From assembly GCA_045541035.1 (NCBI GenBank), contig JAZQII010000049.1, forward strand, positions 12,225-76,224: 64,000 bases of DNA. Reading direction: 5' to 3'. Below, one piece after another: positions 9,660 to 19,658 of this stretch. This DNA comes from Clostridia bacterium (lineage in GTDB: Bacteria > Bacillota > Clostridia > Christensenellales > QALW01). Position 1 is the first letter of the stretch. Every line of letters begins with the position of its first letter. The translations under genes were made by a program, and so were the position numbers. The notes beneath the pieces were generated by a model. It did not search any database. It had not been told where the DNA came from and saw nothing but the letters and a program-made list of their open reading frames with translations.

Positions 9660-12600
9660 TTAAAGATTGTCGTCTTCCAACTCAAAGTTACTATCGGGAG
9701 AAATGGATTTAAGATATTCTGATGCAGAACTACCGTAGTTTGAAAGTGATCTAACAATGCTTTCCAATCCTGATGTACTGTGTTTGGCTTGGATATAAGC
9801 GTTTACGTTATATTCAAGACTTGCAATTTGTACGTTGTCTTTTGTGAGAGTAAGCGTAAACACATCATCAAATTGAGTGGCTTTTATATCTTTTGTATAA
9901 ATAGTGTAACTGCCATCTGAATTTGCTCTAAAGTCTGACTTGCTGATTTCGGTATTGTTTAACTTAACAATTGTGTCATCTGTAATTTTAACTTTGAAGT
10001 ATATTTTATTTACGTTTGACATGTTAAGTCCTGCAGATAATATTCTGTTATCGGCATCTTTGTTTCCGCTAACGTTTTTGATTCCTGAAGGCGAAATAAA
10101 TTCGCTTTTATATTCGCTTACCCAAGAAGAAGCATCTGCAAGGTTTTCAAGATTATATTTTCTATATTCCTGCGATGATGCACCATAAGTAAGCATATCA
10201 GCAAGGAGAGTTTGCAACTTCTTAAATTGTGATAAAGTTAAACCCAACTGGTCTGATGTTTTTGACATCATGTTCTCGGCGTATGCTTTGACGGAATATT
10301 TTTCTTTAATGCTTACGGTATTACCTGAAATAACAAGTTCTGACTTAATATTATCAACCATACATTGAGGATTAACATCGGTATAGTCAAAAATATAATA
10401 ACCTGTTTTAGAGTCGTAAGAACCTTTTGCTTCAATAGAGTTTTCGTTACGTGTAAAACGCATAATGGCGTTTTCGGGATCTCCTGTAACATCAGCATAA
10501 TAGTTTACGGTTAAAGATGATCCTATTTCCAATGTAGCGCCAATAATAGCATTTTTATGCGCATAAACTTCGATTTCCGAGAACTGTACGTATTGTTCCA
10601 CAGAGTTCCAAGGGGTAGTGTATTTATCGTTTAGTTCAGTAACAAGAACACGAACGTAACGGGCGTTCACGGGAGTAAATTGATGTGTAACCGGTGCAAC
10701 ACAGTCATTTGAATCTGAATAGGGTTGAGCAACGTTTTCTGCGCTGTAAACGGTAGTCCAATCAACGTTATTTGTGGAAACCTGAAGCGAATAAGTCTTG
10801 GGGAACCAACGGCAAATGGTGTTTGCTCCCGTTGAACCGGTGGGATAAAGATCAACGTAGCCAACGGTCTTTATTTCACCTAAATCAATATCAACTGTTA
10901 TGGGGCATATGGAATATCCGCTACACCAGCCCTGACGCTGTGAGCCTGATAAATTATCTCTGTCATTATCGGTCAAACTTTGCACATTATTCCAAGCGGC
11001 TGAACCTAAAGTACTTGATGCAGTAACTGTTTTTCCTGATGCTAAGTTAAGAACAGAATGTTTTTGTAATTCTTCGTAAGCGTTTGTTAATTCTTTAAGT
11101 GCAGACGTATAATCGGTAGAAGCTTTTGCATTACTTAAAATTTCTGAAAAATCTTCAAAGAATTTGTGTGTATAGTCGGAAGAATTAAGTGCATTACACT
11201 CCTTGATCAATGCCTTAAGATTATCCTGGTCGGTGTTACGGTAGTAAACTTCAATCTCCGAAAACTGACCGTAGGTGTCGTGATAAGCAGTAATATTTAC
11301 TTTAACGTATCTTACTTTTGTTTTATCAAATGAAGAAACAAAAACGGGCGAAGCGTTGTTTTCATCGGCAACGGGCACTTCCAGATCACTTCTTGAATCT
11401 ACTGTTTTCCAGGTAACGTTATCTTCCGAAACAAGCACATCATAGCCCTTGGGGAAGTTTGAACAAAGATTGCTTGTTGCATTCTGACCGGTGGGGTAGA
11501 TTTCGATGGAGTTTACGTTGTAAACGGCGCCAAGATCGATTAAAACGTAGCTGTTTGCAGTCCATTTTGCACAAGACCAACCGGTATGTTCATTATTTAC
11601 AATATTATCTCTGTCGCCGTCAATAAGCTTTAAGGGATCAGCCCAGCGTTTAGGACTTGTAATCGTGCCTACTGCTTCGATTGTAGAACCAATGGCAAGG
11701 TTCCCTTCTTTTGTAATAGCACCGTCATCTGTTGCTTCTGTGAAGGTGAAGTTATACGTACCTGAATTTAATATGACAGTAGTTTCCTTTTCGTTTGTTT
11801 CAAAACTGTCAATGCCTGCATGATTATTAAGATTAGCGCCATTTACAAGTACGTCGGTTGCAGGCAGAATAACCGTTGCCTTTGAACCAACGGGAACGGT
11901 AAGAGACATTGTTACGCTATTATCTGTTCTTTGCCATGAACTCTTAAGTGTACCTCTTACGGTATCAAGAGAAGCATTAACGTAAGTAAGGTCTTCAATA
12001 AATTGAGGCTTGATGGTTATGTTTTTAAAACCGTCACTAAAAGTGTCAATACCTGCAAGGTTTTCAAAGATCCACTGATCGTATGAGCCTAAGAAATAAT
12101 GGTTTCTTGAGCGTGTGCCTTGCACAGGATAGCCTTCCCAAAGAGAAGTTCCGCCTTGAGTGATCCAATAACCCCAGGAAGGATACGTTGTCTGTGTAAT
12201 AAGCTTGTATGCGATATCAGGATATCCGTTTTCAGAAAGCACGGGGAGAATAAGCTTTGTTCCTACGTGACCTGCTTCAAGGTGATAGTTTTCTGAAATA
12301 ACGTGATTTGCAATACTGCCAACTACGCTTTTTAAATTTTCTTCGGGACATAACCCGAAAGCAACGGGAACAAGGTTGGAAGTCTGACGGTATTCTGAGC
12401 GTGTGCCTGCCCATGAAGAATTCCAATAACCGGTTTCGTAATAACCTTTTTCGGCATTGTAGAACTTTGTGTTAAAGGCAGTATAAATGTTTGTCATATA
12501 TGTGCGATATTCATCTGCGTCAGTGGTCTTGCCTAAAGCATCTGCCATTTCAGCAAGATTTCCGAGTGTACCGTAAACGTAAGCAGTGCCGATAATTCCC

Positions 12601-14978
12601 GAACCTTCAGGTGAACTCGAAGGTCCGTCAGGTCCCTGCCAGTCATTTAATGAACCGGTGTGAGGCCATACACCGTCATTTTTATTTAATATGGCAATGT
12701 AGGAAAGTGCAACCTCTCGCATCTTGTCGTAATGATCTTCTGCAAGGGTGAGCGAGCCGTAATAATTCCATGCTTCATAGATGGCATCAATGTATGCGGC
12801 ATTCCAGATTACCACGTTTCCGAAATCTTCAGCAACGGGAGCGAAGTTGGGAAGTTTATTGCCTTTTGCAGCATCACGGATAGTATCCATAAAGTTATCG
12901 TTAAATGCCGAAATTCCATAGTTGAACATTATTGAGCGAACAACTGCATCATAATCACCAAGCCAACCTAATTTTTCCCATGTGGGGCAGTCAGTAGGCT
13001 TACCCTGAAGGTTGTTTATTGTTGTACGCACCATCATTTCATGAAGCGTGTTTATCATTTCGTTACTTGTTTCTATGTTTGAAACGGTGGTAACGTCACT
13101 GGCGATAAGATAACATTCAATATCATCGGCAGTTAGCGTACCTGTGTAGCCTGAAACTTCAATATATTGATAACCGCAATAACTGAATTTAGGCTCGAAA
13201 AACTCATCTGATGTACCTTTACAGATATATTTGTAGGTTTGAAAATCACCTGCACCGTCGCCCCAGGAGACAGGATGGACCTTGCCGTTTGATTTTAAAG
13301 TTTCACCAAATACGATTTTTATTTCTTCATCTTCAACTGTTGAAGGGAATTTGATCTTTGCCCAACCGGTTGTCATAACGGGTACTTTAATAATATATGT
13401 ACCGTCATCAAGGCGGGAAACCGTTTTTTCAAAGGAATCAATGCGACGCATGGGCTCCATATTTTCAAAGGTAAGTTTGCCGGGGGTTTTTGCAAGAGAA
13501 GCAAACTCCCAGGAAGAATCATCAAAAGATGCTTTATCCCAACCGTCTATCTCTTTTCTTGCATCATAATGCTCGCCAAAATAAATACTGTCAAAAATAC
13601 GGGGACCGTCGGTAGTTACTTTCCAGGTTGTATCAGTCTTTATAATGTCATTTGTGCCGTCTGAATAAGTAATATGCAGTTCGGCAATTAACTTTGGCTG
13701 ATCACGCCATACTGCATTTTTAGTGTTCCATCTTGAATAGTTCTCGTTGTAGAAATAGTTGCCTAATTCAACTGCAATGGCGTTATCACCTTGCTGAATA
13801 ATGTTTGTCACGTCAAATACGCGATAATGAACGGTATCCTCATATTGAGTATTAACGGGATTGAGTACGCTGTCATCGGGAAGATTGCCGTTTATTTTGA
13901 GTTCAAAAAGACCAAGACCTGAAATATACATTCTTGCTTTTTCTACAGTCTTTGAAAGGTTAAATTCTTTGCGGAGCATTGGCGCGCCAACCGCTTCGGA
14001 AATCTTTGACGTATCGACTTCAACGTTTTTCCAGGGTGAAACCGTTACGGCACCAACGTCGGTTGCATTTACCCAAGCCGAATCGTCAAAATCAACACTT
14101 GTCCAGTTTTCCACTTCTGTTTCCGAAAGTTTCCATGTGTTGTCGGAAGCGTAAGCGTCAAAGGTGCCGTCAGAATAATGAACCTGAATTTTTGCAATAT
14201 ATCCTGCATAAGCACCTGTTCCACCGGTAGTATTTGTAACTACTGATGCAAGGGTGTTTTTTCCTTTTAAAGAGGTGTTTGTAGCATCGACGATAATTCC
14301 GTTTGTCCATGTAGTGCTGTTGCCGATCTCCGTACCGTTGAAATATGCGGTAATATTATCGTCACCCGTACATGCAATATAAACGCGCTCGACTGTTTTT
14401 GCTTCATCAATATTAAATGAAAAACGGAAGTATTTTGTTCCGGCAGGAACCCAATACTGTGCTTCGTCATTCCAGATCCAGCGTGCATCGTCAAAATTAA
14501 GAATTTCTTCGATTCCTGCATCGATCCACTGTGCCTGCCAATCACTTTCGTTAAGCATACCGGTTTCAAAGGTTGAAACGTCGCTTGTGAAGAGTGTATC
14601 ATTTTCATCATAAACGTCAACACGCCAAAAATATTCTGTTCGTGACGAAAGGGCAGAACCTTTGTAAGCGATATCATAATTATTTTCGCCTTGGACTTTG
14701 CCTGAATCCCACATATCGCCATCACCGCTCAGGGCTTTAGCCTCTGTCGTGGAAACGATTATTCGGTAAGCACTTTGGCTTCTTCCAAAGCCTTCGGCGG
14801 TATTAACCCAACTGAAAACGGGAGTGGTATCAATACCTATGGGAGTTTTTAAACTGTTTACTTTCATTTCTGTGATCTCCATTGGTTGTGTTGTTGCATC
14901 TGCTTTACACGCAGGAAGAATTATAATTGAGCATACTGCAAAAACACATGTTAAAAGAAAAGATATAAATTTTTTCAT
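9660..14978 (-). CDS. secreted multidomain alpha-L-rhamnosidase (GH78) with two F5/8 type C (discoidin/CBM32-like) domains
   Basis: Signal peptide with a possible lipobox (ILPAC). N-terminal YFWRVDVYDE-type GH78 motif. Catalytic-region motif TDCPTWEKLGWLGD. Two repeats of LIDGDRDN...GW...IDLG...IYPTG. Confidence 0.8.
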   Translation of the reverse strand: MKKFISFLLTCVFAVCSIIILPACKADATTQPMEITEMKVNSLKTPIGIDTTPVFSWVNTAEGFGRSQSAYRIIVSTTEAKALSGDGDMWDSGKVQGENNYDIAYKGSALSSRTEYFWRVDVYDENDTLFTSDVSTFETGMLNESDWQAQWIDAGIEEILNFDDARWIWNDEAQYWVPAGTKYFRFSFNIDEAKTVERVYIACTGDDNITAYFNGTEIGNSTTWTNGIIVDATNTSLKGKNTLASVVTNTTGGTGAYAGYIAKIQVHYSDGTFDAYASDNTWKLSETEVENWTSVDFDDSAWVNATDVGAVTVSPWKNVEVDTSKISEAVGAPMLRKEFNLSKTVEKARMYISGLGLFELKINGNLPDDSVLNPVNTQYEDTVHYRVFDVTNIIQQGDNAIAVELGNYFYNENYSRWNTKNAVWRDQPKLIAELHITYSDGTNDIIKTDTTWKVTTDGPRIFDSIYFGEHYDARKEIDGWDKASFDDSSWEFASLAKTPGKLTFENMEPMRRIDSFEKTVSRLDDGTYIIKVPVMTTGWAKIKFPSTVEDEEIKIVFGETLKSNGKVHPVSWGDGAGDFQTYKYICKGTSDEFFEPKFSYCGYQYIEVSGYTGTLTADDIECYLIASDVTTVSNIETSNEMINTLHEMMVRTTINNLQGKPTDCPTWEKLGWLGDYDAVVRSIMFNYGISAFNDNFMDTIRDAAKGNKLPNFAPVAEDFGNVVIWNAAYIDAIYEAWNYYGSLTLAEDHYDKMREVALSYIAILNKNDGVWPHTGSLNDWQGPDGPSSSPEGSGIIGTAYVYGTLGNLAEMADALGKTTDADEYRTYMTNIYTAFNTKFYNAEKGYYETGYWNSSWAGTRSEYRQTSNLVPVAFGLCPEENLKSVVGSIANHVISENYHLEAGHVGTKLILPVLSENGYPDIAYKLITQTTYPSWGYWITQGGTSLWEGYPVQGTRSRNHYFLGSYDQWIFENLAGIDTFSDGFKNITIKPQFIEDLTYVNASLDTVRGTLKSSWQRTDNSVTMSLTVPVGSKATVILPATDVLVNGANLNNHAGIDSFETNEKETTVILNSGTYNFTFTEATDDGAITKEGNLAIGSTIEAVGTITSPKRWADPLKLIDGDRDNIVNNEHTGWSCAKWTANSYVLIDLGAVYNVNSIEIYPTGQNATSNLCSNFPKGYDVLVSEDNVTWKTVDSRSDLEVPVADENNASPVFVSSFDKTKVRYVKVNITAYHDTYGQFSEIEVYYRNTDQDNLKALIKECNALNSSDYTHKFFEDFSEILSNAKASTDYTSALKELTNAYEELQKHSVLNLASGKTVTASSTLGSAAWNNVQSLTDNDRDNLSGSQRQGWCSGYSICPITVDIDLGEIKTVGYVDLYPTGSTGANTICRWFPKTYSLQVSTNNVDWTTVYSAENVAQPYSDSNDCVAPVTHQFTPVNARYVRVLVTELNDKYTTPWNSVEQYVQFSEIEVYAHKNAIIGATLEIGSSLTVNYYADVTGDPENAIMRFTRNENSIEAKGSYDSKTGYYIFDYTDVNPQCMVDNIKSELVISGNTVSIKEKYSVKAYAENMMSKTSDQLGLTLSQFKKLQTLLADMLTYGASSQEYRKYNLENLADASSWVSEYKSEFISPSGIKNVSGNKDADNRILSAGLNMSNVNKIYFKVKITDDTIVKLNNTEISKSDFRANSDGSYTIYTKDIKATQFDDVFTLTLTKDNVQIASLEYNVNAYIQAKHSTSGLESIVRSLSNYGSSASEYLKSISPDSNFELEDDNL

Positions 14979-15087
14979 AGAAATCCTCCTTGTTTTTACT
15001 CGTTGACATTATAATATATATCGTGATATAATTCTACATATAAACAAATCAAAAGTTTGTAAAAATAATTCAAAATAGGTGCGTTCA

Positions 15088-15921
15088 ATGAACAAAAACA
15101 TATATCAATGCAAAACTGATAAAACCATCAAAAGCGAATGGGGAGTAAGGGGACTTGTTTTTAAAGATTTCAGGGCATCTCTACACACTCACCAATACTA
15201 TGAGATAAATATTATATATGCAGGCGAAGGTGTACATACGGTAGGTGAAGAAAAGTATATCGTTTCCCGTGGTGACGTATTTATGATACCGCCATTTCTT
15301 CCTCATGGTTACAGCGAAACAAAAAATCTTGACGTTTACCATCTTATTTTTCATCCTGATTTTATAAACGAGCATCTTGAAGAGGCTATGACCGTTGAAG
15401 GCTTTACCTTATTTACTGAAATTGAGCCGTATTTACGTGGAAATACAGGAGTTGCACGCTTTTTGCACCTTAACGAACTTGAACTTAACGATATCGAAAA
15501 GCAACTTTATTTGATCGACCAAAACGGAAAATATGATTTCGGTGAAGCAATACCGATAAAAAAGCATACAGCAATTAAAGTGCTTTATGAACTTTCAATG
15601 ATGATGTATAAGCAAACATATGTAAGTAAAGAAAAGGATAAATATTCACAACAGATATTCCAGACTCTTGAATATATCCACACTAATTTTGATAAAAAAC
15701 TTACTGTTGACAGGTTAGCAAAAAACGTATATCTGTCGCGTTCTACTTTTATCCGCAGTTTTCAAACTGTGTGCAACATATCACCTTCAGAATATATTAG
15801 GCAATATCGTAAAAGCAAAGCTCTTGAACTTTTAAATAATAAAGATCTGAATAAATCTGAAGTGGCAAGAAAATGCGGATACTATGATATTTCGCACATG
15901 AAACATTCTATGAACACATAA
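15088..15921 (+). CDS. AraC family transcriptional regulator
   Basis: N-terminal cupin-like region and a C-terminal double HTH (LTVDRLAKNVYLSRSTFIRSFQ..., SEVARKCGYYDISH). ATG 15088 preferred over GTG 15079 because AGGTG lies 6 nt upstream. Confidence 0.85.
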   Translation: MNKNIYQCKTDKTIKSEWGVRGLVFKDFRASLHTHQYYEINIIYAGEGVHTVGEEKYIVSRGDVFMIPPFLPHGYSETKNLDVYHLIFHPDFINEHLEEAMTVEGFTLFTEIEPYLRGNTGVARFLHLNELELNDIEKQLYLIDQNGKYDFGEAIPIKKHTAIKVLYELSMMMYKQTYVSKEKDKYSQQIFQTLEYIHTNFDKKLTVDRLAKNVYLSRSTFIRSFQTVCNISPSEYIRQYRKSKALELLNNKDLNKSEVARKCGYYDISHMKHSMNT

Positions 15922-15927
15922 TTGACG

Positions 15928-15956
15928 TTGACTTTTTTTCAGTTAAATGTTATACT
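15928..15956 (+). promoter_or_regulatory. putative sigma-A promoter of asnA
   Basis: TTGACT - 17 nt - TATACT. Confidence 0.5.
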
Positions 15957-15989
15957 CATTTAATGTAAAAAATATATCGAGGTATTTTT

Positions 15990-16997
15990 ATGAACCGAGT
16001 TATTTTACCTAAAAAGTACGTTGAAAAGCTTGATATTTATCAGACACAGCTTGCTATCGGAATTTTAAGACAGTATTTTCAGCAAAAGCTCTGCCAAAAG
16101 CTTAATTTAAAGCGTGTAACGGCACCTCTTTTTGTTCAGCCCGAAACGGGTCTGAATGATGATCTTAACGGTGTTGAGCGTGCAGTTCAGTTTGATGTTA
16201 AGGCAACGGGGGATAAGGTGCAGATAGTTCATTCCCTTGCAAAATGGAAGAGAATGGCACTTTATGAATATAAATTCTCAGCAGGCTGCGGTCTTTATAC
16301 CGATATGAACGCTATTCGCAGGGATGAGGATCTTGATAACTTCCATTCAATTTATGTTGATCAGTGGGACTGGGAAAAGGTAATTACTCGTCAGGACAGA
16401 TGCGAAGAATATTTAAAGCAAACTGTTCAGGATATAGTTGATGCTATCTGTGATACTTCGGATATGATTAAAAAAGAGTTTCCTGCAGTTGATGTTAATA
16501 TTAACCGCAACGTTAAATTTATAACCACTCAGGAGCTTGAGGATCTTTATCCTGAAATGACTTCTAAGGAAAGGGAAAATGCCATCACAAAGGAATACGG
16601 CACCGTATTTTTAATGCAGATAGGCGATAAACTTAAATCAGGCAAGCCCCACGATGGCAGAGCGCCTGACTATGACGATTGGAAATTAAACGGCGATATT
16701 CTTTTCTGGGATGAAGTTATGGATTGCGCTTTGGAAATTTCTTCAATGGGAATCCGTGTTGATGAAAAATCCCTTGATGAACAGTTGCAGAAAAAAGACT
16801 GCAATTACCGCAGAGTAATGCCTTTCCACAAAATGCTTTTAAACGGAGAATTACCCCTTACCATCGGTGGCGGTATCGGTCAGTCAAGACTTTGTATGCT
16901 TATTCTTCAAAAAGCACATATCGGGCAGGTTCAGGTTTCTGTTTGGGATAAGGATACTAAAAAAATCTGCCGCGAAAACGGTATAACGTTACTTTAA
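15990..16997 (+). CDS. asnA: aspartate--ammonia ligase
   Basis: 335 aa. The C-terminal QSRLCMLILQKAHIGQVQVSVW is characteristic of AsnA. Confidence 0.9.
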   Translation: MNRVILPKKYVEKLDIYQTQLAIGILRQYFQQKLCQKLNLKRVTAPLFVQPETGLNDDLNGVERAVQFDVKATGDKVQIVHSLAKWKRMALYEYKFSAGCGLYTDMNAIRRDEDLDNFHSIYVDQWDWEKVITRQDRCEEYLKQTVQDIVDAICDTSDMIKKEFPAVDVNINRNVKFITTQELEDLYPEMTSKERENAITKEYGTVFLMQIGDKLKSGKPHDGRAPDYDDWKLNGDILFWDEVMDCALEISSMGIRVDEKSLDEQLQKKDCNYRRVMPFHKMLLNGELPLTIGGGIGQSRLCMLILQKAHIGQVQVSVWDKDTKKICRENGITLL

Positions 16998-17009
16998 TGA
17001 GGTGTTTTT

Positions 17010-17267
17010 ATGAAATACAGTTATAAAACAAACGGTACTTGCTCAAGCAATATTACTTTCGATATTGAGGGTGACGTAATTACAAACGTTCAGTTTACGG
17101 GCGGTTGCAACGGAAATCTTAAAGCCATTTCAGCACTTGTTGAAGGTCTTACCGTTTCCGAAATAGAGGAGAGAGTTAAGGGGATTACTTGCGGTTGGAA
17201 AAACACAAGTTGTTCCGATCAGCTTTCAAAGGCTGTCCGTAAAGCCTACGATGAAAACTTTAAATAA
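17010..17267 (+). CDS. TSCPD-domain small protein (TIGR03905-like)
   Basis: 85 aa with the GTCS...GGCNGN...C..K..SC pattern. Confidence 0.75.
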   Translation: MKYSYKTNGTCSSNITFDIEGDVITNVQFTGGCNGNLKAISALVEGLTVSEIEERVKGITCGWKNTSCSDQLSKAVRKAYDENFK

Positions 17268-17283
17268 CTAAATTACTAATTTA

Positions 17284-17312
17284 TTGACATAGGTTTTTTC
17301 CTTTGATATAAT
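17284..17312 (+). promoter_or_regulatory. consensus sigma-A promoter
   Basis: TTGACA - 17 nt - TATAAT. The predicted start near 17319 argues against the track start at 17320. Confidence 0.65.
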
Positions 17313-17343
17313 CGATGTAATGAATATATCGGAGGGGATATGT

Positions 17344-19002
17344 ATGGATAAAGTATTTTCAAGCGTGAGTATGTATAATGGCGTACCCACGCTTTTTGTT
17401 AACCAAAAACCCGTTGAAGGCGCGGCATATATAACTTATTATACTCACAGAAATTGCTATAAAGATTTTTTTGATGCAGGCTATAAACTTTTTTCAATGC
17501 CCGTATTTTTTGCAGGCAGGGGAATAAATGCTGCAACGGGAATCCCACCCTTTGGTCCCGGTATTTTTGATAAAAAAGGCGAAAGTGATTTTTCGTATTT
17601 TGATGAAGACGTAAAAAAGATTTTAGATGCATGCCCGGATGCTTATATTTTCCCCCGCGTAAATATGACTTTGCCGCTTTGGTGGGATGAAGAAAACCCC
17701 GATGAGTTAAATGATGAAGGTTTTAATAATGAAAAGCGCGCTTGTTTTTCGTCAAAAAAATGGGCAGAGCAGACAAAGGCATTTCTTAAGGAATTTATTG
17801 AGCACGTTGAAAAAATGCCCTACAAAAATCATATTATAGGCTATCAGCTTGCAGGCGGTAATACGGAAGAATGGATCTCTTTTGATTTAAAAGGCTCAAT
17901 AGGCAAGCGTTCAAGGGAAAGATTTAAAGAATATATAAAAGAAAACGATCTTCCTGATACAGAAGAAGAATATTACGGATTTTTATCCTATATTGTTGCT
18001 AAAAGCATCTGCGATTTCTGTCAATACGTTAAAGAATTAACTGAAAATCGCCTTATAACAGGTGCTTTTTACGGTTATACCTTGGAACTTGTTAAACGTT
18101 CTACTTGTCATCATGCACTGGAACTTATTCTTGAAAGTGATGCAGTTGATTTTATATGCTCGCCCGTATCTTACGATCTTACAAGAACTCCCATGCGCGA
18201 TCATGCAAATATGCTTCCCATAGATTCATTAAAACTTCACGGAAAACTTTATTTTGTTGAAAATGATACGCGCACTCATCATTCAGGACCTCCCTTTGAT
18301 CTGCCTTATTATAATGCTGCTGTTTGGCGCGGACCTGAACCTGAAATAACAAAAGAAATTATCAAAATGCACTTTTCTCGTGCGCTTTTACACGGTCATG
18401 CTTTCTGGTGGTTTGATATGTGGGGCAAATGGTATGATGATCCTGAATATATGGCATTGTTAAAAGATATAAACGCCGTAGTTAAGGAAAGTCTTAATAA
18501 GCCTTTAAAAAGTGTTTCGGAAGTTGCGGTGTTCGTTGATGAAAAAGCATATAAAAATATTCCTGATGAAAATGACGTTCATCAGAAAGTATGCTATGAG
18601 ATCCGCCGTAATTTAGGTAAAACGGCTGTGCCTTACGATATTTATCTGATGAGCGATTTTGAAAAAGTTAAAGATAATTATAAGGCAATAATTTTCCTTG
18701 CGCCTATAAGAAACGAACTTTTGGATAAGTGCGAAAATGAAGTTCAGAATTTCCTTGAGATCAACGGAACTAATTATGATATTTCAACTGATGAATTAAG
18801 AACGTTCTTTAAAAATAGGGGAGTTCTGCCTTATTTTGAAAAAGATGCGGTAATTTATGAAAACGAAAGTTATCTGTTCCTGCACACCTGCTCAAAAGGC
18901 GAATATGAGTTCAATATAAAATTGCGCGATGCCTTTACCAAAAAAGAAATAAACGTTCTTAATCTGGAGGAAGGCAAAAGCGTGCTAATGGAAAAGATAT
19001 AA
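17344..19002 (+). CDS. hypothetical protein, possibly a TIM-barrel glycoside hydrolase
   Basis: 552 aa from ATG 17344 (GGAGGGG RBS). GYQLAGGNTEEW resembles GH42/GH35-like beta-strand-4 regions. Family assignment is tentative. Confidence 0.4.
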   Translation: MDKVFSSVSMYNGVPTLFVNQKPVEGAAYITYYTHRNCYKDFFDAGYKLFSMPVFFAGRGINAATGIPPFGPGIFDKKGESDFSYFDEDVKKILDACPDAYIFPRVNMTLPLWWDEENPDELNDEGFNNEKRACFSSKKWAEQTKAFLKEFIEHVEKMPYKNHIIGYQLAGGNTEEWISFDLKGSIGKRSRERFKEYIKENDLPDTEEEYYGFLSYIVAKSICDFCQYVKELTENRLITGAFYGYTLELVKRSTCHHALELILESDAVDFICSPVSYDLTRTPMRDHANMLPIDSLKLHGKLYFVENDTRTHHSGPPFDLPYYNAAVWRGPEPEITKEIIKMHFSRALLHGHAFWWFDMWGKWYDDPEYMALLKDINAVVKESLNKPLKSVSEVAVFVDEKAYKNIPDENDVHQKVCYEIRRNLGKTAVPYDIYLMSDFEKVKDNYKAIIFLAPIRNELLDKCENEVQNFLEINGTNYDISTDELRTFFKNRGVLPYFEKDAVIYENESYLFLHTCSKGEYEFNIKLRDAFTKKEINVLNLEEGKSVLMEKI

Positions 19003-19009
19003 AAGAAAA

Positions 19010-19044
19010 GCACTCTGTAAAATAATACAGAGTGCTATATTTTT
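19010..19044 (+). terminator. intrinsic terminator
   Basis: GCACTCTGTA / TACAGAGTGC 10-bp stem followed by a T-rich tail. Confidence 0.7.
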
Positions 19045-19046
19045 GC

Positions 19047-19074
19047 AAAAAAATAAGCACCGCAGATCGGTGCT
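19047..19074 (-). terminator. intrinsic terminator of the tRNA-Gly/Lys operon
   Basis: On the minus strand, AAGCACCG / CGGTGCTT hairpin followed by ATTTTTTT. Confidence 0.6.
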
Positions 19075-19150
19075 TGGTGGGTCATCGGGGGTTCGAACCC
19101 CGGACACCCTGATTAAGAGTCAGGTGCTCTGCCAGCTGAGCTAATAACCC
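19075..19150 (-). tRNA. tRNA-Lys (anticodon CTT)
   Basis: Hand-folded cloverleaf. Acceptor GGGTTAT/ATGACCC, anticodon loop CTCTTAA, T-arm GGTTCGAACCC, encoded CCA. Confidence 0.9.
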
Positions 19151-19155
19151 GAAAT

Positions 19156-19231
19156 TGGAGCGATAGACGAGATTCGAACTCGCGACATCCACCTTGGCAA
19201 GGTGGCACTCTACCAGCTGAGTTACTACCGC
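19156..19231 (-). tRNA. tRNA-Gly (anticodon GCC)
   Basis: Hand-folded. Acceptor GCGGTAG/CTATCGC, anticodon stem CCACC/GGTGG with loop TTGCCAA, T-loop TTCGAAT, encoded CCA. Confidence 0.9.
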
Positions 19232-19250
19232 ATCTCTTGACAACGGTAGT

Positions 19251-19279
19251 ATAATACCACATCTCCAAAAATTTGTAAA
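19251..19279 (-). promoter_or_regulatory. putative promoter of the tRNA-Gly/Lys operon
   Basis: Minus strand TTTACA - 17 nt - TATTAT, about 20 nt upstream of tRNA-Gly. Confidence 0.5.
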
Positions 19280-19377
19280 GCACTTTTTTAGAAAAAAATA
19301 AAAAATTTTTTTACAGTATAAAATGCACTTTAAAATCACAAAATAATTGCGAAATCTTTTTAAGGAGGAATTTTTTT

Positions 19378-19542
19378 ATGCAAAGAAATGAAGCGATTTC
19401 ATGCACTATCCAGACGTGCAAACATCATTGTAAAAATGCTGATTACTGTTCACTTACACACATCAACGTAGGCACTCACGAAACAAATCCCACCGTTGTT
19501 GAGTGTACCGACTGTCAGTCATTTGAATATTGCTGTAAGTAA
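19378..19542 (+). CDS. small Cys-rich protein, DUF1540-like
   Basis: 54-aa ORF not in the track (MQRNEAISCTIQTCKHHCKNADYCSLTHINVGTHETNPTVVECTDCQSFEYCCK). AAGGAGG RBS at 19362-19368. Strong terminator follows. Confidence 0.7.
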   Translation: MQRNEAISCTIQTCKHHCKNADYCSLTHINVGTHETNPTVVECTDCQSFEYCCK

Positions 19543-19558
19543 TTTTATGTTTGATTTT

Positions 19559-19593
19559 ATGGTCTGCGAAAAACGCGCAGACCATAATTTTTT
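19559..19593 (+). terminator. intrinsic terminator
   Basis: ATGGTCTGCG / CGCAGACCAT 10-bp stem followed by AATTTTTT. Confidence 0.8.
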
Positions 19594-19603
19594 AAAATAA
19601 TTA

Positions 19604-19632
19604 TTGACAAACGATAATTTATATGGTAATAT
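19604..19632 (+). promoter_or_regulatory. sigma-A promoter of the DUF2975-HTH operon
   Basis: TTGACA - 17 nt - TAATAT. This places the transcription start downstream of the track start at 19623. Confidence 0.6.
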
Positions 19633-19658
19633 CGAGATGTATTTGGAGGTGTATTACC

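Noticed and set aside
9940-14725. Numerous 60-150-aa ORFs on both strands inside the GH78 gene (for example 14267-14725, 13282-13569)
   Set aside because: They are nested within a 1772-aa ORF that has clear family motifs throughout. None has an RBS or family features.
19082-19339. 85-aa minus-strand track ORF
   Set aside because: It overlaps tRNA-Lys and tRNA-Gly on the same strand, so it is a tRNA read-through artefact.
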